A DNA stretch of 64,000 nt, taken from Octopus sinensis. Lineage: Eukaryota. This document shows, in pieces, positions 12,212 to 25,655 of this stretch. The notes beneath the pieces are model-generated. The model did no database searches and was not told where the DNA came from. It saw nothing but the letters and a program-made list of their open reading frames with translations. Where the stretch lies: the NCBI RefSeq assembly GCF_006345805.1, contig NW_021834235.1, positions 1-64,000 on the forward strand, written 5' to 3'. The stretch's first letter is position 1, and each line of letters starts with the position of its first letter. A program made the position numbers and the translations under genes.

Positions 12212-12642
12212 ATCTATATCTATATATATATACATACATATATAATATATATATATTATATATATATATATATATATTTATATATAGAGGGCATTATTAT
12301 ACATACATGCCAGGAGGCATTATATATACATGCCAAACGCTAAGAGGGACAATCAGTCATTTCTACCAAAATATTACTAATCCCACCGAATGCAATTTTT
12401 CAAAGTAAGACATTTAAAAATATAGGCCTATCACAGTGATTTCATACTTACGTATCATCAGCAGGCCTGAATGTATTATAAATAAACAACGACCCTGCCT
12501 CGCTTAAGCCGATCAGCTAACTGATCAACATCAACGAAGCACATGGGTGAGTTTATATATATTACAGGCAAATCCGGGTGAATGGCCAACTTTTACAAAT
12601 TGCATTTCGGGAGAGGAAAATTTTTTTTTCGGAATAAAAATT

Positions 12643-12807
12643 TTGCAATTAAGGACAACTACTTAATAAGGAAAACTTAACAAGAAATTTGTCAGGTAGA
12701 TAGCGTAAAAACCTCATAAGAGAAAAAATTTCTTATGAGGTGTTTACGCTATCTACCTGACAATTTCTTGTTAAGTTTTCCTTATTAAGTAGTTGTCCTT
12801 ATTGCAA
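12643..12807. repeat. Near-perfect palindrome (about 78-bp arms, about 9-nt spacer)
   Basis: taaggacaactacttaataaggaaaacttaacaagaaatttgtcaggtagatagcgtaaa..cctcataaga mirrored downstream. Confidence 0.9.
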
Positions 12808-12854
12808 TCTATATATATATATATATAATTAATATTATATATATATATATATAT

Positions 12855-12903
<49 letters not shown>

Positions 12904-12904
12904 A

Positions 12905-13140
12905 AATGGGGCAAGAACGCAAACATCCAGACAGGTGATACAAAAAGGGACAACAAAACATCTAGATAGACGATGCAAGGAAAACAAGGACGGGTCATTC
13001 GGAGTTTTCTATTCTCAGTCGAGTTCCAGATTATATTTGCAATTTCGGCTGGTTAAACTCGAGATTGCTCCAATCTGGCCAGCCCCAAGGGAAAACTAAG
13101 CTAAGAGCATTAGATTCCTTGGAAGAAAGCAGTGAATATA
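12905..13140. mobile_element. Penelope-like/unclassified repeat inserted in (TA)n
   Basis: Non-microsatellite block bounded by (TA)n; shares the ggctggtta(t/a)ac motif with 8560 and 50128. Confidence 0.4.
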
Positions 13141-13459
13141 TATCAGGCGGTGCTCCAGCGTGGCCACAGTCAGATGACTGAAACAAGTAAAAGAGTAAAA
13201 GAGTATATATATATATATCTATATATAAATATATATATAAAAGCGATTGCGAAACCGGTTGTTATGTTGGAAGAAAAAAATCTTATTTTGTACAATATTG
13301 TATGATACTTTTACTATCATGATTCTTATGTATTCTTCAGTCTGTTAAAACAAATCTTCCATGTTTTTTCATCTTCATTTTTTTTCGTGATTATGTCTGC
13401 GTGTGAGTGTGTGTGAGTGTGTGTGTGTGTGTTTGTGGGTGGGTGTGTGTACATATCTA

Positions 13460-13608
13460 AGGAGTGGCTGTGCGGTAAGTACCTTGCTTACCAACCACAT
13501 GGTTCCTGGTTGAGTCTCACTGCATGACACCTTGGGCACCTGTCTTGTGAGTGGATTTGGTAGACGGAAACTGAAAGAAACCCCTCGTATATATATATAT
13601 ATATATAT

Positions 13609-13660
<52 letters not shown>

Positions 13661-13835
13661 ATGCTTGTGGGTCTGTGTTTACGTCACCGTAACTTAGCGG
13701 TTCAGCAAAAGAGTCCGATAGAATAAGTACTAGGCTTACAAATAATAAGTCCTGGGTGTCGATTTGTTTGACTGAAGGCGATGCTCCAGCATGGCCACAG
13801 TCAAATGATTGAAACAGCTAAAACAATAAAAGTAA
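13460..13835 (+). mobile_element. SINE family B with internal TA/TG microsatellite
   Basis: Head at 13460-13590 and 3' part at 13660-13835. Confidence 0.85.
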
Positions 13836-14175
13836 TATATACAACAGTCTTCTACGTTGTTTCCGCCAACCAGATTCACTCGTAAGGCATTGGTCGTCCC
13901 GGGGATGCAGTAGAAATCACTTATCCAAGGTGCCCTACACTGGGATTGATCTCAAACTGTATCATTGCAAAGCGAGTTTCTTATCCATACAGCTATGCTT
14001 AGGACTATATGGTTAAATTAATGACGTAAAGACCAATATGGTTGAAAAAGAGACTGCCTAATGAGGGAAGGGGGTTAAAAGATGTGCTTAAGGGATTATG
14101 GAGTAGAAAGCAGTTAGATGTGTCGTATGATCTGAAAATTCTGGGACCAAAGTAGAAGTTTAAATGAGTAAATAT

Positions 14176-14403
14176 GTTTCTTTATTAACTACATGTGGCT
14201 AAACATAGAGGGGACAAACAAGGACAGACAAACGGATTAAGTTGATTACATTGACCCCAGTGCGTAACTGGTACTTAATTTATCGACCCCGAAAAGATGA
14301 AAGGCAAAGTCGACCTCGGCAGAATTTGAACCCAGAACGTAACGGCAAACGAAATACGGCTACGCATTTCGCCCGGCGTGCTAACGTTTCTGCCAGCTCA
14401 CCG
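14176..14403 (-). mobile_element. SINE family A
   Basis: High identity to the reverse complement of 7343-7578. Confidence 0.9.
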
Positions 14404-14642
14404 AAATGAGCAAATAGATAAATATAATAATGTGTGTGTGTGTGTGTGTTATTGTTGAAGTTGTTGCTTAAATCCCAGGTCGCTCCAGATCTTGTAGACA
14501 TAATTAATATGTGAGCCGATCCTCCCGTGACCTTCTCGCTTTTCGGACATGATTTACCTGGGACTGTATTAACCATTGTATTGCAGCTGCTTTCAGCAAT
14601 CTCTTCTCGCTTCTCTCTCTCTCTCCCCCCCTCTCTCTCTCA

Positions 14643-14676
<34 letters not shown>

Positions 14677-15902
14677 ACACACGTACTCTCTCTTTACCCC
14701 TCTCTCTTACATTCTCTCTCTTTTTTTCGCTCATTGTTCAGATTTAACTCTTTCCGTGTTCCTACACCGCACTCTTTTCTCTTTCTCCCAATCTCACTCT
14801 CTCTTTCTCTCTCCTTTTCTCTTTCTTCCCCCCTCTTCTCTCCCTCTCTCATTGTTCAAATTTAACTCTTACCCTCTCTTTCTATACCGCACTCTTTTCT
14901 CTTTCTCTCTCTCTCTCTTTCTCTCTCCCCCTCTCTCTTTCTCTCTCCTTTTCTTTCGATTTCTCCTTTCTTGCTTTCTTTCTTTCTTTCTCTCTCCTTT
15001 TCTCTCTCTCTCTCTCCTTCTCTCTTATTAGCAGAACACTGTTTCACTTCCTTCATTCTAAAACATGAGTGACAGGGAAAAACCCTCAACACACAAACTA
15101 GCCACTTGAACTTCGTTTTCACACAAACTTTATCAACAGATTTACTGTTAAACAAACACACATCGCTCTTTAGACTAAATAGGATTTAGTTATCTGCTTC
15201 AATTTTTTAAAGCTATTTCGTTTTTTTTTAAATTATTTACCTGTCCTAAGCATTTTCATAAGTTTGTTTGAAACGTCCACGCTTGTCTTCAGTTTTTTGG
15301 TCAGCCCGTTTTTTCATACGTTCTGAGTAATACAAGCGTCCCTTTCATAAGTCCCAACTTGATTGAAAAAATGGGGATCTGTATCATATATAATGCATGG
15401 TTGCCAGAGAAATATGTTCTGTGATACACAGAACAAACAAACAGTCAAAACAAAGAAGTCACGATGTGATTTGAGTAGAACCAGTAAGTTACTTCTAACG
15501 AGGGCAGTAACTGTACAATGGTTTCCCCGTTGCAAGTTGATTGTTGTCATTGAAAACGAAGCATTCTCAATTGATTAGTCGCTTTTTCGGACCCAGTACA
15601 GACTAGCAGACGATTTTGAAAGAGATATTGAAACACTGCGACTGAATGGCTGTTATTTTTTACGGCAATTCATCACGCTTGACGTACGTTGTAGATGAGA
15701 AGAGGAAATCTGGGCTTTGGGATGTAATGTTTGATTTGAACAAAACGTATTGTCTCTAGAACAGATAAATGGATGTTTTAAAAATGACTGATTACTATAT
15801 ACAAGTGTTGGAATTTGGAATTTGGAATTTGGATACCTGTTTGTGATTTCTGCAGATAAAAAACACATACCCGCATGCATATAGCTGTATATAAAGGTGT
15901 GT

Positions 15903-15958
<56 letters not shown>

Positions 15959-17014
15959 GCGTGCGCGCGCGTGTATGTGTGTGTGTGTGTGATATCAATA
16001 GTTCATGTATCCGATAAAAGAAGCACACTCTAAAGTATTAGAGAAGTGGCTGTGTTGTAAGAAGTTTGCTTCCCAACCACATGGTTTTGGGTTCAGTGGA
16101 CTTGAGTGGACTTGATAGACGGAAACTGAAAAGAGCCCGTTGTGTATATGGCGTTCCTTCGACCGGACTGGTCATGATTTTCTGAGCTCCTCGCTCAATC
16201 CCTCCCTTTAGGTCAGTTTTCATTTCTCCTTTGCGTTACCCATTTTTGTCTTGTCTTGCGGCCCTAAGACTTTTTATGCTGTATATGTATCATTTTCATA
16301 TTAACTGTTGCTTTCGTGTGGCCCTAGCCTTTATTCTCTTTATTCGCCCGTCTACTAACGGTCTCGTCTAGAGCCCATTTCGTCTTGTTACGTTTTGGTC
16401 CCACTCCCGGCAAGTTTCTTACCGGTGCCTTAAGAGTAGTAGCAATATTACCGATAATGGCCGAAATTGCGTTTTGAGCCTCTGGTCGATAACTGAAGAC
16501 GAGTTGGCGACCGTCCGTGTTTCCTGTTCGTTTGTGTATTTAGTCTATATTCGTATGTTTATTTACTATACGTGTTTTTTAATCATATATATATATAGGT
16601 ATGTCATATTTTTCGTTTCTTGCTTTTTTTTTTATTTAGCCCTGAAAAAAAAATATATATTAACTTAGAGGATATGTTAACTTCGTGAAGGGATGGTTTC
16701 ATCCAAGGAAATACTGGTTGAATACCTAGTATTGTTGAGGAAGGAAATTCCCTTAAAACAATAGGTATATATTAAGCATATAGTTATATCCAGTTAAAAG
16801 AAGAAAAGAACATGGATATAAGGAAGTTAACAATTATTTATTATTAACAAATTAGTCGCTTTCGCATCTTACAGCCGTTTCAATTAATACTCAATAATCT
16901 AATTAAAATTTGTACATTAAATTTGCATTTATGTGAGATGTGCTTAATTTCATCAGAGAAAAAAGATGTACCTTGGGATGTTATATGTGGAGCTGTCAAT
17001 TCATATCAAATATA

Positions 17015-17250
17015 TATTTGTGTATGTCTTTGTGGTTGTATTTGCCCCCCACCCCACCCCCATCACTACATGACAACCAGTGTTAGTGTCTTTACGTCCC
17101 CGTAACTTAGCAATTCTGCAAAAGCGGACGATCGAATAAGTACCAGGCCTTAAAAATAAGTCCTGGGGTTGATTTGTTCGACTAAAACCATCCAAGGCGG
17201 TGCTCCAGTATGGCCGCAGTAAAATGACTGAAACACGTTAAAGAATAAAT
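17015..17250 (+). mobile_element. SINE family B, 3' part
   Basis: gacaaccagtgttagtgtctttacgtccccgtaacttagc...aaatgactgaaac. Confidence 0.8.
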
Positions 17251-17474
17251 AAAAGAACAATGTATTCTTTAGGAAGTCAAAAGTTATGGGCCGATCATAG
17301 AGTGACCGTTGGTTTCGCACCCAAAAAGCGCTTAGCAGCATAGGCAAATCCGCGGACTCGAATGACTGAAGGCGCAGTCCCCTGTACACCTGAGCGCTTT
17401 ATAGATGCGAAACAATGGTCACTTTATGACGGCATATGTATGCCCATGATTAAACGTCGGTAATATACTGGTAG

Positions 17475-17477
<3 letters not shown>

Positions 17478-17530
<53 letters not shown>

Positions 17531-17531
17531 G

Positions 17532-17602
<71 letters not shown>

Positions 17603-17612
17603 GAGATAGATA
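17478..17612. repeat. (GATA)n microsatellite (others at 20455-20560, 26230-26560, 32925-33000, 34470-34560, 44435-44650)
   Basis: Directly visible. Confidence 0.95.
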
Positions 17613-18207
17613 TAGGATTTAACCTTATTCGGACCAGATTATTCGTTCTTTTCCCCACGGGTTGACGTTTCCCTTCTACGGTCATGTTTATCAATGACGG
17701 CTACAAGATAAACATCAACTTATATCTCTATATCTGCTACTAAATATGTGAGTGAAATCAAACTAGCAACATTTTCTTCTCACTTCATTGTATTATTTGT
17801 TTGTTTGTTTGTTTTTTTCCTGTTTTTTTTTTTTTTTTTTTCATTTCAATAAAGATCTACTTTTCGCTGCTATATAAAAATAGCTCTGTGAAACTCCATT
17901 ATTTCTTTTATATGAAGTAGTTAAAAAAATATTTACTAAGTCAAACTTTTTATCTAAATTGAAACCACTTCACAGCGAAAACGCTTCGACATCAAATATT
18001 TTTCGTTGCCCTAAAAATGGCTGTTCTAGATAACAATTGTTATTCTAACTTAGGAGATGCTATTCGATTTTCTGGTGTCAACCAAAACCAGTTAATGTTG
18101 CCATTGAGAGGAGATGGAAAATGTAAACAAAGCGCCGCCATCATCGCCATCATTCGACTCTCAGATAGCTGAGTATGAAACTGATCCATCACCACAAATG
18201 ACGGCAG

Positions 18208-18264
<57 letters not shown>

Positions 18265-18561
18265 CATGCATCTACATATAGCTTTAAAGCAATTTAAAAC
18301 CGCTGTTTAAAAATAGGTTTTGCAAATTCTAAGCTATCGTTTAACAACAGAGGAATTTTTGATGCGTTTAACGTAAAATTCCCTAATTACTGTCTTATTA
18401 ATGACTTAATGATGATGATATTAAGACATGCGATAACACATATTAGGTCAATGGTTCTCAAAGGGAGCAGGGAATGATACATCTTTTAATTGCCCTAATT
18501 TTCAGAAATATTTTTCAGTTTTTTTTTTTTTTTTTAATCTGCGAATCATCTGCTAATATTA

Positions 18562-18800
18562 ATGCTTGAAGTAAGGCGACGAACTGGCAGAATCGTTAGC
18601 ACACCCGACAAAATGCTTAGCAACATTTCGTTTGTCTTTACATTCTGAGTTCAAACTTCACCGAGGTCGACTTTACTTTTATATTTTCGAAGGTCGATAA
18701 AATAAGTCCCAGTTAAGTACTGGGATCGATGTAATCGACTTAATCCCCACCCCGAAGTTGCTGATCTTCTGCTAAAAAGTTTGAACCCAATATCAATGAC
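18562..18800 (+). mobile_element. SINE family A
   Basis: Head, core and ccccc...aaaa tail. Confidence 0.85.
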
Positions 18801-19729
18801 TGAAATATTGCTATCATATTCCCAATAATATTTCAATGGTGATCAACCTGTCAGCAGCAATATTTTTTGGAGTGTTTTGTTGAATCTAGTAAGGCGGCGA
18901 TGATGTACTACGGAATGTGAGAAACTCTGAAGTACATTATCAATATTGTTTGCATACAGCTGTTATCATGTTTAAAGAACATCTAGAAAATGTCTGCAAC
19001 ATGTGGCTATGAAATAACGTAAACAATGCGGATGGATAACAAAACAAGAGGTGAACATCGGAATTCGACATTTAAATGTCATTATAAGGTGTAAGGTGAA
19101 TATTTTCTCACCAGACAAACTACATCGTATGAAGAAAAATCACTAAGATGTATGGCAGAGCTTCTATACTCCAATCCCGCGAGGAGAAATTAATAAATTT
19201 AAATCTCGATCTCAAACTAATGCTGATCGGGAACAATTGGAGAAACAGGGGAATGAGAGATAAAAGAGAAGAACATATTTGAGGAAATCGGATATACTTA
19301 AAATACAACAGTATCCCCGAACGGGACTTCAATCAGTCGCAAGATATTTATTTACAGTTGAGTAGACTGGTGCAAATTCGCGATGTAGAAACAGTACTGT
19401 ATATCTATTATTATTATTTTTATAAGTTGTATATATTTATTTTATTATAAATGCAAAACAACACCACGGAGGAATCGACGTAAGAACTTAAATAACAAAC
19501 CGGGATAGGTGAACCACGATATGGCGAGGGATTACTGTATTAGTTCGTTGAGTTAAAAACGAAAGCTCGAATCGTGACGTAGTGTAACAAGGACGAGTCC
19601 AAAAACGTCAGCACATCCTATCAACGGCAGCGTCATCCCCAAGTTTACGAAAAACATAGCCATTTTTGACTTCTTTGTGGTTTCACTATCATGATCATGA
19701 TCATCATCACCATCAAGGTCAGCCCCTGA

Positions 19730-19955
19730 ATATTACGGTTTCGAGTCTTAGGACGTATAGGGCCGGTTACTCAGTTTCCTTGGCAGAGAAGTGACTCAGA
19801 TCACAACAGTATCCCCGAACGGGACTTCAATCAGTCGCAAGATATTTATTTACAGTTGAGTAGAAATGAAGTGTTTTGCTCAAGAACACAACGCACTGTC
19901 GAGTCTAGGAATCGAAACGACGATCTAGCTCTCTGTTGAGGTACGCTAACCCAGC
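19730..19955 (-). mobile_element. SINE family C, diverged
   Basis: gaaatgaagtgttttgctcaagaacacaacgc...ggaatcgaaac matches the reverse complement of 41833-42075. Confidence 0.7.
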
Positions 19956-20416
19956 AATTCTGCAATAGAAAGTCACCTGGAGGGGTCTGGATCGAGACGT
20001 ACCAATTTTTTTTCACCAGTTTACTTTGAAAGCAAAACGCATTTTCTTAAAAACTTAGTTGATATTTTCCAAAAATCGGGATTAGATGATATCACAGGAG
20101 TTATCTCCCGTGCTTGATATTTTTAGATTTTAAAAAGCATTGGAAGAAGTTTCTTGTCCCCTTGATTGCAAAAATGGTTTCATTTAAATTTTCAACTGAA
20201 TGATCTTGCATATTTGAGGCTCTAGCATGTATATCCAGAACCATTTGCTAAGGTTACACTGTGTGCACGAAATTATTCCCTAGAATTTAAAAGAGAACAT
20301 TTAATTGTCTGACACAGTATTCTTCAAAATATACAACCCTCATTGTGTGTATTTTAAAATTGAATAAGGTCCTTCATTAGAAGAGATTTAAAAGCAACAT
20401 GCACCACTCATAGGCA

Positions 20417-20453
<37 letters not shown>

Positions 20454-20471
20454 TTAGATAGACAGACAGAC

Positions 20472-20560
<89 letters not shown>

Positions 20561-20597
20561 TTGCTTATGCTATAAGATTTTAGACACTTCGAGAAAA

Positions 20598-20935
20598 CGT
20601 GAAATATTTCGTTTTTAACAGTTCAACTCGAAGTAGATGAAGCTATAAATAATAGCATGAAATATTGTGTTAAAAAAATTTTTGGACAGAAAAAGTTGAA
20701 CGTTGCCCTTGAGACTCGAACCGACATCTTCGAGTTCAACCGTTAAAAACGAAATATTTCACGTCCTCCCGAATTTTCTATGACATAAACAACCCAAAAT
20801 GCTCGCGAATAAGAATAAAGTCTCTAAAATGCGACTCGAGAAATTCGCAGTATTGCTTTGATCCAATGATAGAGCATCTCTCATGTTTAAAGAAGATGCG
20901 GGTTCGTTTCGCACGGGCGACCCTCAACTTTCTCT
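20598..20935. repeat. Inverted-repeat block with two opposed tRNA-like 3' halves
   Basis: 36-bp inverted repeat 20598-20633/20728-20763; gaagatg..ggttcg..ggc.ac..tcaacttt on the minus strand (20692-20731) and plus strand (20890-20935). Confidence 0.55.
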
Positions 20936-21019
20936 ATTCAAAAGGATTTTTTAACCCCAATATTTACACACTATTATCTGTGGCATTATCTACTTCGAAT
21001 TCAACGAATGTATTCTTTT

Positions 21020-21840
21020 ATTCTCTTACTTGTTTCAGTCATCTGATTGCGGCCGTGCTGGAGCACCGCCTTTTAGTCGAACAAATGGATCCCCCAGGAC
21101 TTATTCTTTGTAAGCCTAGTATTTATTCTATCATACTCTCTTGCCGAACCGCTAAGTTACGGGGACGTAAATACACCAGCATTGGTTGTCAAACGATGGG
21201 GGACAAACACAGACACACAAAAATTGATATATATATATATACGACGGGTTTCTTTCAGTTTCCGTCTACCAAATCCACTCACAATGCTTTGGTTGCCCCG
21301 ATGCTATAGTAGAAGACATTTGCCAAAGGTACCATGCAGTAGGACTGAACCCGGAACCACACAGCCACGCGTGCGTCTATATGTTTCCTATCTTTCATCT
21401 TTTACCACAGTCATTTGACTGCGGTTATGCTGGGTTACCACCTTGAACGGTTCTAGTCGAACAAATCGACAGCAGCACTTATTTATTTTAATCCCAGTAC
21501 TTATTCTATCGGCTCTTTTTCCGAATGGCTAAGTTACGGGGACATAAACATACCAGCACCGGTAGTCAAGCGGTAGTCACACACGCACACATACACACAC
21601 ATATGTGTGTGTGCGTGTGTGTGTATGTATATGTGTGTATGTATGTATGTATGTATCTATGTATGTATGCATGCATGCATGCATGCATGTATGTATGTAT
21701 ACGGCGGGCTTCTTTCAGTTTCCGTCTACCAAATCCACTCACAAGGCTTTTAGTCGGACCGTTGCTATAGCAGAAGACACTCGCCTAAGGTGGGACTGAA
21801 CCCGGAACTATGTGACTGGGAAGCAAGCTTCTTATCCCAC
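21020..21840 (-). mobile_element. Two tandem SINE family B copies
   Basis: 21020-21365 and 21400-21840, each with 3' part, internal microsatellite and head. Confidence 0.85.
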
Positions 21841-22990
21841 AACTCATATACATATATATATATATACGCACATAATATATGTGTGTGTGAGGGTATATAT
21901 GCACCTATACGTAAAACTGTAGGTTTACCAAATGCTCTACGCACTTACGTCTATAGGGCGAGAGTGAAAAAAAACGCACGAGAAAAGCACAGATTCGTTT
22001 TATCCATTTGCACACACACACACACATATACACACATACAGACACACAACCGCACACACACACACACGCACGCACGCACGCACATTACCCCCCCCCCCGT
22101 CACCACGGACACATTCACGCCCATTTATACATTTATGTATAAGAGTGATTGTATATCATAATGTCGCATGTTATTTTTATAAAAGCATGTGTTGTTGTTG
22201 ATAAAGAAGCGTGGAGATTTCTAGAAGGCGTGAGAAAGAGATAAAAAGAGAACAACAAGACTGAGAACAGACCAGACGAAGGAGGAGGGGGGAGTGAGAA
22301 CGTAATGAGTTGATAGGGAGCAAAAAAAAAAGGGGCAAAAGAGTGGCAGGAAGAGAAGAGATCAGAGAGAGAGAGAAAGTGATGGAGGGGTTTTGTGTGG
22401 GAGAGGAACACGCTTCTACGAGACCAAGAAAAATATAAATGTGTGTACACACACACACACACACACATTATATATATATAATATATATAAAGAGACGGGG
22501 AGAGAGAGTGAGGGAGAGAGAAAAATACGCTACTAACGAAAAGCTTCCGACATTTATATTCATTTCTGTGCGAAATATCACACCAGGGTGGTACTTAATA
22601 ATTTCAGCATTCTCCTCAAGAATGGTATGCGACGTAATTCATTTGTGTGAGAAATTTTAAAATTCCAGAAGTTTCTCAGCTTCGTTTTAAGCACTGGGTG
22701 TAAAACTACGGGCTTAGCTTCCTCCATGTTTCCCTCTCTCTCTCACTCTCACTCTCATTTTCTCTCTCTCTTTTCACTCTCTTCTCTTCTCTCTCTCTCT
22801 CTCTCTCTCTCTCACTCACACTTTCTCTCTGGATTCCATCGATGTCGTTCTGGCTTTTGATCTCTAATATATTGTCTTGTGAATGAATTTGATTGACGGT
22901 AACAGTGCAAGCCCGTCACACACGCACACACACACACACGCGCGCATACCCCCTCCCCCACGCGCGCGCGCATATCTTATTTGGAGTTTA

Positions 22991-23100
22991 GGCCAGCTAA
23001 GCCACCGTCGGACTGTACGATCAATGGCTTCACTGGCCGAAACTTCGAAGTCACTGACAATAAAATCCTTGTTTAAGAATAATAAATTCATAGAGGACCC
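22991..23100. mobile_element. Truncated copy of the 3590-3716 palindromic family
   Basis: ggccagctaagccaccgtcggactgt...ggccGAAACTTCGAAGTCactgacaataaaatccttgtttaagaat. Confidence 0.7.
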
Positions 23101-23385
23101 CATTACATGCTGGAGCACCACCTTTAGTCGAAGAACTCGACCCCAGGACTTATTCTTTGTAAGTGTAGTACTTATTCTATCGTTCTCTTTTGCCGAAGTG
23201 CTAAGTTACCAGGACATAAACCCACCAACATCGGCCGTCAAGCGATAGTCATGGGGGACAAACTCAGACCACACACACACACATACACACACCACACAAC
23301 ACACACCATATATATATCTATATATATATATAATAATATATATATATATATATATACGACGGGCTTCTTTTAATTTCCGCCTACC
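23085..23385 (-). mobile_element. SINE family B, partial
   Basis: Reverse complement of the family B 3' part and cgacgggcttct junction. Confidence 0.8.
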
Positions 23386-23700
23386 AATTCCAGGGCTAAA
23401 CGCAAAATACAGGATAATGTGTTAAAAAGTGTTAAAAATAAGCAATAGAGTGAAACATCTATTTCCGCGCATACTCGCATGTACTCTTTCTCTTACTCTT
23501 TCCTCCTGTTTCTGTTGTACCTGTATTTCGAAGGGGCAGCCTTGTCACACTCTGAGTCACGCTGAATCTCCCCGTGTCTGTAGAGTGCTCAGCCACCTGC
23601 ACGTTAATTTCACGAGCAGGCTGTTCGGTTGATCGGATCAACTGGAACCCACGTCGTCGCAACCGACGGAGCACCACGAATATATATATGTATATATATA

Positions 23701-23746
<46 letters not shown>

Positions 23747-23749
<3 letters not shown>

Positions 23750-24061
23750 CGTCGAGCTTACGATCGTGAGGTTGTGAGCTCGAATCCCGGACCGGGCTGC
23801 GTGTTGTGTTCATGAGCAAGGCACTTTATTTCACGTTGCTCCAGTTCACTCAGCTGTAGAAATGAGTTGCGACGTCACTGGTGCCAAGCTGTATCGACCT
23901 TTGTCTTTCCCTTGGATAACACTGGTGGCGTGGAGAGGGGAGGCTTGTATGTATGGGCGACTGCTAGTCTTCCATAAACAACCTTGCCCGGACTTGTGTC
24001 TAGGAGGGTAACTTTCTAGGTGCAATCCCATGGTCATTCATGACCGAAGGGGGTCTTTACC

Positions 24062-24065
<4 letters not shown>
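23747..24065 (+). mobile_element. tRNA-derived SINE, local family D (5'-truncated)
   Basis: High identity to 58414-58745 and to the reverse complement of 36282-36580. Confidence 0.9.
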
Positions 24066-24095
<30 letters not shown>

Positions 24096-24239
24096 CAACT
24101 GACATTGATTTGTTCAACTAATCCCTCCAAGGCGGTTCCCCAGCATGGTCGCCGTCCAATGATTGAAACAAGTAAAACGTAAATAAAAGAAATTTATAAG
24201 GCTAATTCCAGAGCCGTTGAAGTCAGATTTCTTACTAGG

Positions 24240-24940
24240 CATTCATGTACGTCTTTGTGTCAGTGTTTGTCTTCCACCACCGCGTGACAACCGGTATTGG
24301 TGTGTTTATGTCCCCGTAACTGAGCGGTTCGGCAAAATGACCGATAGAATAAGTATTAGGTTTGAAAAAAAAAAGAAGAGAACTGGGTTCGATTCATTCG
24401 ACTAATAGTTTTTCAACGCTGTGCCCGAGCATGGCCGCAGTCTAATGACTGAAACAAATGAAAGATTAAAAAAAAAAGATAAAAGATATGGATGTAGACA
24501 TATTTTTGAAGAAATCAATTTTACGTGTTTTATTTATCTTTTATCCTCCATTTTGTACGTGTTTCAGTCATTGTTCTGCGGCCATGCTGGGGCACCGTCC
24601 AGCAATCGAACCTAATACTTATCTCTTTTTATCTGATGCTAATATTATCGATCTCTTTTCCCGAACTGCTAAGTTACGGGGACGTAAACAAACCAGCGCC
24701 GATTGTTAAGCGATGCAGACTAAACAAAAATACACCTTGTGCACACACACACACACACCACACACGCACAAATATGTGTGTGGTTGTGCTCTGTATGTCT
24801 GTGCGTGCACCAGGGGTTTCCGTCTACCAAATCCTCTCAGAAGGCACTGGGCGGTCCAGAACTATAGAAGACACTCACGCAAGGTGCTGTGCTGGAACTA
24901 TGTGGAAGCAAAGCAAACCTCTGAACCACACAACAAGGCC
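24240..24940. mobile_element. Two SINE family B copies in opposite orientation
   Basis: Plus copy 24240-24480 and minus copy 24550-24940. Confidence 0.75.
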
Positions 24941-25243
24941 TATGGAATTATTTCAAACTTCAGAGATAAATGAAAGTTGAAAATAGTAAGATAAAATGTA
25001 AAAACAAAAGCCAATAAAAGAAGGTCTATGTAACTCTTTAATTTGCTAGAAATATCAGCCAAATCTTTTTCAAATCGTACCATATCGTCTGGAAGGAAGG
25101 ACACATTTTAAACGTCGTCCTTGATATACGAGGATAAAAAAGGCGGGTTTGTTTACTAGATGGCGCATCAATGATCGATAGGTCTGCTCGCTCAGGACTA
25201 ACCTGAAACTAAACAACAACAACAACTACTACTACTACTACTG

Positions 25244-25275
<32 letters not shown>

Positions 25276-25284
25276 GCTACTGCG

Positions 25285-25655
25285 GCTGCTGCTCTGTTTG
25301 TTTGTTGAGCGAAGCGGTCTTCGTCCCAGTGGGAGAAATCCAAAACGTGGTCCTTTGCTATTCGTAAGACCCGTTGAAGAGAAAGCAGGTCAACCCCCGA
25401 CACCGAGAGCATCGACGGATGGATGAATGCGCATCCAGGCTCAGCGGTCGCATAGGAAGTAGGGGACAAGAAACAGGAAGAAAGAGTGAGAGAAAGTTGG
25501 GGCGAAAGAGTACAACACGGGTCGCCACCGACCCCTGCCAGGGCCTCGTAGAGTTTTAGGTGTTTTCGCTCAATAAACACACAGAACGCCGGTCTGGGAA
25601 TCGAAATCGCGATCCTCCGACCGCGAGTCCGCTGCCCTAACCATTGAGCTCCATT
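25285..25655 (-). mobile_element. tRNA-derived SINE, local family F, with (GCA/GTA)n tail
   Basis: Minus-strand head ctcaatggttagggcagcggactcgcggtcggaggatcgcgatttcgattccc; closely matches 63345-63715. Confidence 0.85.
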
